Shown: in pieces, positions 21,687 to 33,080 of the stretch
Numbering within the stretch: position 1 is the stretch's first letter
Layout of the letters: each line of letters starts with the position of its first letter
Source: Macrostomum lignano
Taxonomy: Eukaryota
Direction of reading: 5' to 3'
Assembly: GCA_002269645.1 (NCBI GenBank)
Contig: NIVC01001486.1
Coordinates: forward strand, 1 to 64,000
DNA length: 64,000 bases
Translations under genes and position numbers: made by a program
The notes under the pieces: model-generated
Databases searched by the model: none
Told to the model about the DNA's origin: nothing
The model's input: only the letters and a program-made list of their open reading frames with translations

Positions 21687-22012
21687 GGCTGAGTGAGTCT
21701 GGATGAAGCTGTGAGGCTGAGTGGGTCTGGTTGAAGCTGTGAGGCTGAGTGGGTCTGGATGAAGCTGTGAGGCTGAGCGGGTCTGGATAAAGCTTTGAGG
21801 CTGAGCGGGTCTGGATAAAGCTGTGAGGCTGAGTGGGTCTGGATGAAGCTGTAAGGCTGAGCGGGTCTGGATAAAGCTGTGAGGCTGAGCGGGTCTGGAT
21901 GAAGCTGTGAGGCTGAGTGGGTCTGGATGAAGCTGTAAGGCTGAGCGGGTCTGGATAAAGCTGTGAGGCTGAGCGGGTTTGGATGAAGCTGTGAGGCTGA
22001 GTGGGCCTGGAT
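21657..22012 (+). repeat. 28-bp minisatellite, about 13 copies
   Basis: Directly visible. Confidence 0.95.
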
Positions 22013-22227
22013 AAAACTATCACAGCACTGTGAGGCTGCTTGAGTCCTGATGAAGCTGCGATTCTGATCTATCTGATGACAAGCAGGGATAAGGGTTCTG
22101 AGTTATAATCATGTAGGAATTAGCGAAATCTGAATGTTGTGTATTTTTATGTGCTTTATGTCCTATTATTTGTTAAGCTTTTTCGAATAACAGCTGCAAA
22201 TGCAATTTTTTGATAGGATCTTTCTTC

Positions 22228-22487
22228 AGATCTGGTAGATGGTGATTTTCAATCTGGTAGATGGTGATTATCTATCTGGCAGATAATGATTATCGATCTG
22301 GTAGATGATGATTATAGATCTGGCAGATGAAGAGTATCGATCTGGTAGATAATGATTATCGATCTGGTAGATGATGATTATCGATCTGGTAGATGGTGAT
22401 TATCGATCTGGCAGGTGGTGATTATCGATCTGACAGATGATGAATATCGGTCTGATAGATGGTGATTATCGATCTTGTAGGTGGTCG
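22228..22487 (+). repeat. 22-bp minisatellite TATCGATCTGGTAGATGATGAT, about 12 copies
   Basis: Directly visible. Confidence 0.9.
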
Positions 22488-22938
22488 AACAGGATTCCGG
22501 TCCGCAAAATCATGGGACAACAGTGAATACAGCTGCTGCATTTCATGGAAAATAGCTTGATAAACTTGTGGTTGCGACTCGAACAGGACACATCTTTACT
22601 TCATTTGCAACTAGTAAGTCTTGAAGCTGAGGTATTGGAATTGAAGACTAAACAACTGAATATTTCCAGCCGAAAGAAGATATCTTTAGATTCAACAATT
22701 CAACTTTACAGATGCCAGGTGCTAAAAGGCAATAATAAGCTGTCTACTTCACCACAGCTGGTAGTTCCCGCATATTCAACTTCTTTCGCTCTCACGAACA
22801 AAAATCCTACATTTTCCCTGTCTAGAATTGAAGCATCGAAAATTCTCTTTTGAAAAGCTGCCATGATAATTGTCTGGCTGTCAGTATAAAGACTTTGACG
22901 GCTGATTGCTATGAAGAAATGGAAACACACCTGGAGCA

Positions 22939-25011
22939 ATGCAAGCGCCTATAATTGTAGTTGCCTTCCTGTCTGCATGGGTGCCGTTGCTGGCTTCTGA
23001 GCCGCCCCAGTTTCGAGAAGTTCGCTACATCGGATGCTTCGCTGACAGCAGAAGTAACAGCGATCGAGACCTGCAAGGACTGGAAGGCGTCATTGCGTTA
23101 GACCGGTACACAGTTGACCGCAAGTACAGCGCCTTCGTCAAGAGCAGGAAAATGACACTGCAGAAGTGCAGCCGGATCTGCTCATACGGTCGGTTCCGCT
23201 ATTTTGGTGTGCAAGCAGCTTTTTTTTGCTGCTGCGGATCTGCGTACGGGTCGCTTGGCGCGGTCGAGGAGAGAAAATGCGCTGCTCTTTGCAGTGGGAA
23301 CGCGTCGCAGGTGTGCGGTGCCAGCTGGACCAATTCCATCTTTGAAATCGTCTATAAGCCTAGTAGGTAATCGCTTATTGCATGCATTGAAAGGTGGCTA
23401 AACTCACAAAACATGTCAGTTTCACTGAAGCTTGAATGTTGAGCTTCCTAATTTTATCTGAAACAAGTATGGGTATGAAACAAGAAATGCTACCGGAGGC
23501 CTGAAATAAAGCAAATTTTATACTGATACTGCTTTTGTCCGACTAAAAATCTCATAGAATAAAGATATAGATGGGGCCATAGACAGCACTGAGAAGCCTG
23601 ACTGAGAGACAGGCAAACCTGGAAGGCCGCTTAAAAAATTGAAGCGTATTCCAAGTTGAATTTCTAGTTTAGCTGTGAATATTCAGGGTTAAACTAAGAA
23701 TGAGTGAAATTAAAGATCGAGCCCTAGTTAAACTGACCGTTTGAATTAAAAGCACTTAAACAAAGCTGTACTTCAATTGTTATTCCTACTACTTCTAGGG
23801 CTTTTCATAACTAAAATAATTAATCATCTTACTAAATTTTATTAAACTACTAACCGCAGTAGTGAAATTCAGGTATAGGTCCTAAATTTCCGCGACGCTC
23901 AATAAATTAAACGATTCTTCCGTCTTCCTAGTTAAATCTTCCGTCTTCTGACTTACCTGACTGGCTGAGGCTAACTTGGAAGAAGTGGGTAATTTAACTA
24001 GGAAGAGGCAATCAAATTTTTAGGCGCGCGGGAGTGGACGTCTAAACTTGCAATTTACATTTATAAATAAGTTGATTAACACCTAAGTGTGATTGTGTTT
24101 TAAAAACTTAAATAGAACTGGGGGAATAACCATACAATAACAATCCGTAATGCTAATGTGAAGGCAAGCTCTGACAACTGTGTAGAATCTAACAGAAAGG
24201 CACATCGATCTCTATGGCTGTAAATTGCCAGTTTGGATGTCCACTTAAAGGTTTGCCTGTCTCTCAGTCTTGGGCTGTCTATGGCCCAAACTATCTTTAT
24301 TCTGTGGGGTTCTAACTTTGGATTTGACCCTCTTACCGTGAAGAAACCCTTTTCACGGTGCAAGTTGGTGTTGGTGTTCCTTTTTGTTGATTGTCGATTT
24401 TTTGAAAAACAACCTTTTATAAAATGGTTAGGAATTTACACTTCACTGCGCCTGGGTGATAGGCCTTCAAGGCCGCTAATTACACGAGCAGAGCCAAGCC
24501 GAGATTCCAATTTAGCACCAAATTAATTTGACCGCACTTGGAATCGAGCCTGGGCCGCTGGCACATCAGAGCGCCGCTAGTAGAGTACTAGTCTAAGGAC
24601 CCCTGAAATCGACAGGATCTGGGATATGCCTTAATGGATTCTTTCAGTCAACCATAAGATTCTTTATGCCTTAATGGGACATTCATCATTTGAAAACTAC
24701 AAAACCTACGTTTGGTTGACTGATTGATTCCTATAATTTTGAGTAAACCTTGCAATTCTCCCACAGCTGAAAAAATCATGACCAAGCTACCAGTGACCGA
24801 CATGCCAAGCATCTCAGTCTTGGCGAGCGCTTCTGCCTATCGCAACTCCACGGCGAAGAGCGCCATCCAATGCGCCGCCACCTGCCAGCGAAGCCCGGTC
24901 TGTCAGGGCTGCGCCTTCGTGCCTTCGAGCCGCATGTGCCGCCTGCTGAGATTCGCCGCTGGGCCCGCTGAGGTGGCCAGCGAGACTGAGTGGGTCTGGA
25001 TGAAGCTGTGA
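22939..25011 (+). CDS. Secreted WSC + PAN/Apple protein C (exons 22939-23362 and 24767-25011; 222 aa)
   Basis: Signal peptide MQAPIIVVAFLSAWVPLLAS and a full WSC Cys pattern. The phase-1 donor A|GTAGGT and acceptor CACAG| join in frame. Confidence 0.88.
24430..24573 (-). mobile_element. SINE family 2, 5'-truncated copy in the gene C intron
   Basis: Similar to 16410-16550 (ACACTTCACTGCGCC...CACTTGGAATCGAGCCTGGG). Confidence 0.72.
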
Positions 25012-25560
25012 GGCTGATCGATCTAATGACAATAACAATAATATTATTAATATTAATCACATAATAATAACATAGTAATAATAATAATAAACAATAATAA
25101 CAATAACAACGACAATAACCGAGAAGAATTCTGGAAAGAAACATAATAATCATGGCGCACTTATAAAAATACACAGTTGTACTTTAGAGCCATGTCTCAA
25201 TATTTATAAGACTTTTTCAAATGTCAACTACAAATAAAAAATCATAGATGTATTTTCATTTGTTTTAATTTTTAGCCTAATATCTGACTTGTACTGCAGG
25301 CAAGTAATTGAAATCTTCCTTAGGAAAAATAGGGAAACATTAGATGCCCACATCTATCTAAAGAATTCCTTCAAGGCCCTGTGTAGCTCCAAGTGCAAAA
25401 AAAGCTTTTTGGTGAAACCTCGACCAATCCATATGCAGCATTAGTGCAGGCGATTTTTCATTGGCTTCTGCCAGCATATATATTGCTTTGGTTTCTTGGC
25501 TGAATCAGAAGAAGCGTCTTTAAAAACTTCGGTTCGGTCACTGTCTGGGATTTTTTCCCA

Positions 25561-28500
25561 ATGCTGAAACTCTGCGCTCTGCTGCTCTGCTGGGCAGCCG
25601 CTGCTGCGGTGCCGCCTCAACCGTTGGAGTTTCGCCACCTCGGCTGCTACGTGGATGGCGCTGTTGGCAACCGAGATCTTGTAGGACTGGAGGGGGTGAA
25701 AAAGTTCGGACAGTTTGAGACTCACCCTCTCGCCCCAGCGTTCGGTTTCGATGACGCCAAGATGACACTGCAACTGTGCAGCCAGATGTGCTCTTACGGC
25801 CGATTTCGCTACTTTGGAGTTCAGTCTGCGGCCTTCTGCTGCTGCGGCTCGGCCTATGGATCGCAAGGCATCGCATCGGCTGGCCACTGCAGCTTGGCTT
25901 GCAGCGGAAACTCGTCTCAGATTTGCGGTGGGGCTTACAGCAATTCCATCTATGAATTGACTTACTCACCAAGTAAGCATTTTGGATTGACGCAGCTCTT
26001 TCATGCGTAAAAACAGGGTTCTTTAATTTAGCCAAAATACGACTTTAAAATGTCGTTTTTAAGTCCCCGTGATATTCGAAAGAGGATTTGAACTTAAGCG
26101 CGATTTGGAAGCCGTGAGTCCAGCAACCAAACCGCTGCAAAATTCTCACTATTCAGACCCAAAATAGACAAGAAAAGCGTAATTGATCTTTCTTCCACCC
26201 CGGCCGCTTCCGCATAGGACAAATGGGGAAAAATTGGGATTTCATGTGAACTTAAGGCTCTGAAATGGAAGCGGTGGCCGATTAAGCCGGTTTCTCTATC
26301 GGATCTCTCTACTGGACCGACAATGAGAGAAGAATCGTCGAAAACCGCATCTCTCTATCATTTGGGCTCCCTGAATGGGATAAATGGGGAAAATGGGGAT
26401 TTCATGTGAACTTAAGGCTCTGAAATGGAAGCGTTGGCCGATTGAGCCGGTTTCTCTATCGGATCTCTCTACTGGACCGACAATGAGAATCTGATTGATG
26501 AAGCAGGCCGGCAAAGCTGCCTTGAGTCTTTATGTTAAAGAATGTTTTAATGATTTCTGTAACTATATTTAACGTTAAAATATCTTTTTAGTATCTGTAT
26601 TAGACTTTTTTGAACAGGTTTAATGAAATATTAAAATGCACGATTTTAGTACTGTATGAATACAGTGCATTTGCAAATAATGGGAACCAAAAGTGCATGA
26701 GCAAATAGTAACAAGCAAAAGTACATGGAACAGAGCAAGTAGTGGCAAGCAAAAGTTCATAGGTAGGTATAAGTCTTTCGAATGTTGGAGTGCATCGCAA
26801 GGAAAAACTAAAACTTGTCTAGCTCGGGTCTACGATCTAGTGAAAGCACGATTAGTCTTTCTTTTGCACAACTACAGCAGCGATATTTTGTGCATCCCGG
26901 AGAAACGGATTGCAGTTGGGCTCAATTCTGGAATCGCCAATCAACCACCATACATTGTCATGCCAAACACTGGTAGTGTAGTGCCCGCGATGGAGAGATC
27001 TGCCATAGTGGCATATCACTATCACAGGACTGCCGAAGTCGGAATTACTCTCAGCTCTTGGTGAGTACCGTATTTGGGTGTTGATTTTTTCGGTATTATA
27101 GTTTTCTGGAGTCCTGCTGAAGTAAATAATTGCAAACTTGGCCGCTGATGGAATAATCTGCTTTCAATCAAGCCTTCGCATCCTAATTGGCCGCACTGCG
27201 AAATGCGTGGTCGCAGTCGTTCTTCCAAAAGATCGTAAAGGCTAATCGGAGCCCTGCTGTACTCTGAGAGAGGAACGCAAAGAATTTGTTCACTGATTGT
27301 TCCTGTTGGAATCGAGGCTGCGCTGTAGCCACAACGTCGACAATTACGGAGCGCAGTAACATCTGCAAGGGCGCCATTAGCAACCGAGAGAGTCGAAAGC
27401 AGGGCTTCCAAGAACTCCAGAAAGCAGTGCTGTTCACCAGCAGCAAATCTGCCGGGAAGATGCGCCTGATAATTCCTTGTACTTCTGCGGCGGAAGTATT
27501 TTTTAGAGCTAGCATTTGATGAAAAAGTAGCTCTACAGATCTTTGCAAGTCGCTAGCTATGTCCCGTCTCATTAATGGGCCCTTCTGCTCCATCCAGTAA
27601 AGAAGCTGAATGGCAGAATTGGCATAGCAGTCTGCTCCGCTATTTCTTAGTCCACAGAGAGGCTGCGGCTCTGAACTTCTTGATGATGTTTGTTTGGCAT
27701 CCTTTCCTTTGAACGATGCTCTTGACGAGGCTCTGTTCTAACATTTTCCTCAGCAGGTAGAGAGGAGTAAGGATTAGCGTTGAGGCTTTTAGGAAGCTGT
27801 GTATCAACGAAGCGGCGCTCAGGATATCGTTGGCGAAAGGAATCTGGGTCGTAGGCATAATGACCTAGGAGCAAAAGAACTGCCATTACATGGCAGTCAC
27901 AGCCAGCTGTTCGGCTACCCACTTTGGACGAGGAGTAGTAGGCATGTAGCCTCCTTAGACCGGCATCGTGGAATCCAAAAGGGTTTCCATTCGGTAAATC
28001 GTTGAGGCGAAGAAGGACTCGATATGTTCGAGATGTGTGCCTCGAAAACACAACGGATATAAATATCCACGACGGTTGCCCGTTGCCGAATTTCTTTTTT
28101 CCAGTTCCTTGCCTGCTGTTCTTGCCGGAATTTCCAGCAGCGCATCGATTGAGGCAGCTGCGATGCAAGGTCTTCAAGCTCTAACAACGTATCACCGGCG
28201 AAATTCTCAAGCGTGCGTTGCACCTGGATGTTTTGGATATAGCTTTCAGACTGCTGTACATGAAATGGTCCCACACTTACTTCCTGAAGGTTTTCTATCT
28301 CAATTCGAGGAAAGCCTGTGGACTCAGGATCTAGCACATCAACTGGTGACCAGCGCCTCGACCCTTCGATAGGAGTTCGGGTCGCGTCACACAGGTAGTT
28401 CTCACCTTCAATCGGATCGAATTCGTTGCTGAGAAACATGCGCCTGGTAAAATTCTGACCAAACTAAAAAAGTGAGCTGTCATTCCATGACTTTGGCAGC

Positions 28501-29566
28501 GTTTTATTCAGTGGGAATCCAATGTGCGAGCGGTTGTATTTGGCAATACAGTTGTCGATAATGACATCCAGCCGACTAGATGTACTGAATTCAGCTGGCT
28601 GCTGCCACTGGTATGGCTCATGCCGCTCATGAATACACCTGTTCTGCTTGATTGCGGCGAACGCGCACTCAACAGAAAAGCGGGAGAGCGTAGCCAGCCT
28701 ACTGGTATTTGACTCAATAGCAGTCAGTGAACGGGACGATCCTCAGACTGGATTCTTTGAGCCATAAGTTCACATGAAATCCCCATTTTTCCCCATTTAT
28801 TCCATTCAGGGAGACCAAATGATAGAGAGATGCGGTTTTCGACGATTCTTGTCTCATTGTCGGTCCAGTAGAGAGATCCGATAGAGAAACCGGCTCAATC
28901 GGCCAGCGCTTCCATTTCAGAGCCTTAAGTTCACATGAAATCCCCATTTTTCCCCATTTATCCCATTCAGGGAGCCCAAATGATAGAGAGATGCGGTTTT
29001 CGATGATTCTTCTCTCATTGTCGGTCGCGGCGCACGGCATCGCATCGGCTGGCCACTGCAGCTTGGCTTGCAGCGGAAACTCGTCTCAGATTTGCGGTGA
29101 AACTTACAGAAATTCCATCTATGAATTGACTTACTCACCAAGTAAGCATTTTGGATTGACGCAGCTCTTTCATGCGTAAAAACAGGGTTCTTTAATTTAG
29201 CCAAAAAACGACTTTAAAATATCGTTTTTGAGTCCCCCGTGATATTCGAAATTTTAGAAATTGGAAAAAAGGCTGGCTGTTAAGAATACTATATTAATAT
29301 TTTCAACCAACCCTTCTACAGTCGATCCGGTGATGCCGAAACTGCCCGCGACGTCTCTGCCGAACATCACAGCCTCCGCGAGCTCCGTCACTCACCGCAG
29401 CATCGTAGCCAGCAGCGCAGTTGAATGCGCCACCATCTGCTACGGCAGCCCGGACTGTCAGGGCTGCGCCTTCGTGCCTTCGAGCCGCATGTGCCGCCTG
29501 CTGAGATTCGCCGCTGTGCCCGCTGAGGTGGCCAGCGAGGCTGAGTGGGTCTGGATGAAGCTGTGA
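25561..29566 (+). CDS. Secreted WSC + PAN/Apple protein D1 (exons 25561-25972 and 29322-29566), intron enlarged by a transposon
   Basis: Both exons are open, and the phase-1 A|GTAAGC donor and CTACAG| acceptor join in frame. The close paralog D2 has the same exons with a 202-bp intron. Confidence 0.8.
25863..26081 (+). repeat. About 220-bp direct duplication (second copy 29032-29251) of the exon 1 3' end, splice donor and intron start, flanking the transposon
   Basis: Near-identical GGCATCGCATCGGCTGG...GATATTCGAAA at both places. Confidence 0.9.
26852..27670 (-). pseudogene. Ubiquitin-specific protease (peptidase C19/USP) domain, frameshifted
   Basis: Manual translation: Cys box LCGLRNSGADCYANSAIQLL (about 27600-27660), EQHCFLEFLEALL (QQDxxEF-like), CRRCG and a later Cys pair, then His box VICHYGRSLHRGHYTTSVWHDNVWWLIGDS (about 26920-27020). 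Stop at 26852-26854. Confidence 0.8.
27647..28742 (-). pseudogene. C-terminal half of a PIF/Harbinger-ISL2EU-type DDE transposase with a degenerate SWIM-like tail
   Basis: Manual translation from 28742: LTAIESNTSRLATLSRFSVECAFAAIKQ (third catalytic Glu motif R..VE...IK), then FPRIEIENLQEVSVGPFHVQQSESY, FSRHTSRTY and YYSSSKVGSRTAGCDCHVMAVLLLLG, across frameshifts. Confidence 0.72.
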
Positions 29567-29920
29567 GGCTGAGTGGGTTTGGATTGGATGAAGCTGTGAG
29601 GCTGAGTGGGTATGGATGAAGCTGTGAGGCCGAGTGGGTCTGGATGAAGCTGTGAGGCTGAGTGGGTTTGGATTGGATGAAGCTGTGAGGCTGAGTGGGT
29701 ATGGATGAAGCTGTGAGGCCGAGTGGGTCTGGATGAAGCTGTGAGGCCGAGTGGGTCTGGATGAAGCTGTGAGGCTTAGTGGGTTTTGATGAAGCTGTGA
29801 GGCTGAATGGGTCTGGATGAAGCTGTGAGGCTAAGTGGGTCTGGATGAAGCTGTGAGGCCGAGTGGGTCTGGATGAAGCTTTGAGGCTGAGTGGGTTTGG
29901 ATGAAGCTGTGAGGCTGTGG
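29537..29920 (+). repeat. 28-bp minisatellite, about 13 copies (D1 3' end)
   Basis: Directly visible. Confidence 0.95.
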
Positions 29921-30939
29921 GTGACTGAGCTAGAGACTTAAATGTTATGTACGTGAGAAAACTATGAATAGAACGAGTGTTACTGAAAACGATATATTGA
30001 ACCTCTTAAGAACATTGCTGCTAACCCTCAATTAGTTTTTTACCTGTCTTTATAAAGTTTGATGTTAACCCCGAAATGTTCTTTGGAGTAGTAAGAAGAA
30101 AATAGAAATCTTTTTTTAATGTTTTTTTGCTATCGATCATAATTTTAGCGAATTTGCCCTTGATTTTTCTTTTTGACAGCCATACCCTTACAGCAAATAT
30201 GCGTGAAAATACGGATTAACTTATCTAATATTAGCTCGTATCTTTGGATGCAGACGTACCAGTATCTGGGATGAATAAGCTGTCAATTCCTTTCAGAAAA
30301 GCAGCAGAAAAGTTGAAGGAATAATTCCCTGGCTTTCCCAAGTTAGGTTGGGTGATACTAATTCGGTCATGAAAAGGCAGACTATAGATCCATTGTATCG
30401 GAGCTTTTCCGGTAGGTAGCTGACGCAACTTCCCCCCCCCCAAACTTCCCAGTCAAAGACTCGTGCAGAGAAGCTGCGGAAATTCTAGAAACAAAGAAGT
30501 TAAACTTTCCGCAGCAGCGAACCGATGTTTGCTTTACAAATCGATAAACGCACCGTCTTCTTCATACAATGCCAAGTCATGGTAAAGGAAAAGTTTTGGA
30601 AAATTCTCACTTTTTTTCGATTTAGGAATAAACGAAATCTTTGGAGCTGCAGTTCATGAACGCTCATTTTTTAGAAATGAGCTGGAGGCCGATAAAGAAA
30701 CCACAGAATGTTCAGTCGTCTCTAACATTTAGCAAAATATCAAATTGAAGCTAAGGAAGATTGGACATTAAGCTGAGAACTTATTCGTTACCTTCAATGT
30801 AGTCGAACCCTCGCGCAAAGTGTATAGTGTCACGCAGACGCTGCACCTGAGGCACCCTAGCCTGATGAAGCTAGGGCGACATCAGCTGCTGCCACGTCCG
30901 GCGGGCAGAATCACCCACGCCTGTCTTCCAGTAACAGGA

Positions 30940-31254
30940 AATTGATAATAATAATAAATGATTACACCTGCCCCAATTGGACCAGATGTGCAACCGACAG
31001 CTCAGCAGCAGCAATCGCAAGGCGCATCTGAAGGCTGCGTTCGACTGTTCAGTCCAAGAACTGGAGGGGGGGGGGGTCGTCACACACATACCCTCGATTA
31101 CCCCTAGCTAGCACCCGTCTTACAGTTGTGTGAACTGAAGCAATGTCGAGTTAAGTGTCTTGCTCTAGGACACAAATTATTCCGAGTGGGTCGAGAATCG
31201 AACCCCCAACCTCAGTCGTGAGTCCGACGCTCTAACCACTAGACTACAGCCCCC
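30940..31254 (-). mobile_element. tRNA-derived SINE family 1 copy with (ATT)n tail
   Basis: Reverse complement of the 10936 copy, with a TTATTATTATT tail at about 30945-30958. Confidence 0.85.
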
Positions 31255-32874
31255 GCCGGGGAACAACGGGGAGCAGTGTGGATGTAACATTTGTCAGCGT
31301 TGAAGCGCTTGACACCAATTTCCTCAATGGATGAAATCTGATAACGTCGTCCTGAGTCGCATCATGGCCACATCCATCCTCTTCTGCGTTTAACTCCGTC
31401 TAGACTCAGCTTATTGAAGTGCTTATTCAAGTGCTTATTTAAGTGCCTCAAGTGCCTATTCAGCTGGTGCACTACTAGTGGGAGATCCGCTGCAGAATTC
31501 AGCTTCTGTCTACCGCACCAGTAGCCGCACCCACCGTCACCCACCAGCAGGCAGGATAGCACGGACGGCACTGCCATTTAAGCCGTGCCTGGTGACGATT
31601 TTCTGCCTAGCAACGGCGAAACTACCGTATGGACATACCGTATGTGTGTCTACTTCTTTTGCACACAGTCTCGTGCAATTACAGATGGACTTCTTCATCG
31701 GAACTACTGATGCTGCTGCTGCTGCTGCTAATGAAGCAATTGGAGAAGGATGCACCCTGCTCGACACTGACGTTTTTCTTGACTCAATGGACTGATCCTG
31801 TCATTCCGGTGGTCTTTGTTTTCCTCTCTTTCATCCTCATCCATCCATCCAGCCTCCTCTAGCATCCGGGGAGTCTGTCTGCTCTACCTCAATATCGATT
31901 ATCGGTGCAGTAGCACAGTCTTCTTCAATGGCGACAGCAGCTGCCTCATTTTGGGCGTCCAGTTGTACCCAAGCGAGAAGCTCTCGTCGCTTTGGTCGTC
32001 GAAGAGCGTCACCTTGACGCAACCGTTCTGTCAGCCATTATGGCACTGCAGATATTTTAGTGCAAGTAATTTTTGACGAATTACGTGTAAAATAAATGAA
32101 TTTCTACTTTAAATTGCCTGTGATTATACAACCAATCTATTGGTACAATAAAAGGTACAAAAACTTAAGACAAAGATACACGAGAATCAATAAATACACC
32201 TGCTTTAAAGAAAGAAATGTGGCTTCGTGCGTATACTTGCGTACTCATATCACCCTTTGCATGTAAAACATTTTATATGTTGCGAAATTCCCCAAGTTTT
32301 TCCACAGGCTAGACATAACTTAAAGTGGGAACCAAGTACCCAATGGAAGTTACCGCATTGTAACAGGATGTAACACCCGTAAACAAAGGCTTGCTGGTTC
32401 ACGTGTATTTAGCGATGGTTGCTTCAAAACAGCATTTTATTCGACTGTTTTAAAGTTTTGTGCTGCAAAAGCTTTAAAATTTATGCATGCATAATTTGTT
32501 AAGACTTTAACCTGTCAAATCTACATTCTTTTATTGGTACCTTCTAGTGGTCCTTGGTACGAACACTGCAATAACGTGGCGTCCGACATATGTTGTACTT
32601 TTACTTGTCTATCTGATGATGTTTACAATAGTTTCAGAAGTACACTAGCAATCTAGTGCCCCCCCTTCGGGAGCCCAATAAGCAAGGAGCAAAAATTATT
32701 TGTAAAATCCATTAAAGGGTAGTTTTCTTAAGAAGCAGTTCCTTCTTCAGTTTAATAAACCACGTAATTCAAGTAAAATTGTCACAGACGAAGATGTTTG
32801 CTATGAATCTTTTTTTCTCTAAAAGTAACAAAACGACAACGAAATAAAGCATTCACAAAGATAACAGGCATTCC

Positions 32875-33080
32875 CCCTAGTAGAAAACATCCCCAAGACA
32901 ACAAGCATCCCCCCAGATATCAAGCATCCCCCCCAAATAAAATAGCAAGCACCCCCAATATACAATAGCAAGCCCCTCAAATACAATAGCAAGCTCCCTC
33001 AAATAGCAAGCTTCCCCCTTATAGCAAGCATCCCCGCGATAGCAAGCACCCCCCTCCGATAGCAAGCAACGCCCCACCCA
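32875..33080. repeat. Degenerate repeat of about 20 bp (ATAGCAAGCA(C/T)CCCC core)
   Basis: About 9 imperfect units visible. Confidence 0.7.

Larger units (their letters stand above)
26215..29026 (-). mobile_element. Internally deleted TIR DNA transposon (PHIS/ISL2EU-like) with modular inverted repeats of about 270 bp and USP cargo
   Basis: 26221-26490 is the inverted copy of 28758-29026, and each arm is about 1.7 tandem copies of a roughly 160-bp unit. The interior carries transposase and USP remnants on the minus strand. Confidence 0.8.

Noticed and set aside
17269-22023. Minus-strand (SASQLHPDPLSLT)n ORFs
   Set aside because: They are antisense readings of the 28-bp minisatellite.
31480-32080. 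Possible transposase fragment with an acidic stretch and a CxC motif (minus strand)
   Set aside because: It has only SSSDEE and CNC..C fragments in different frames, with no catalytic motif or ends. Too weak to call.
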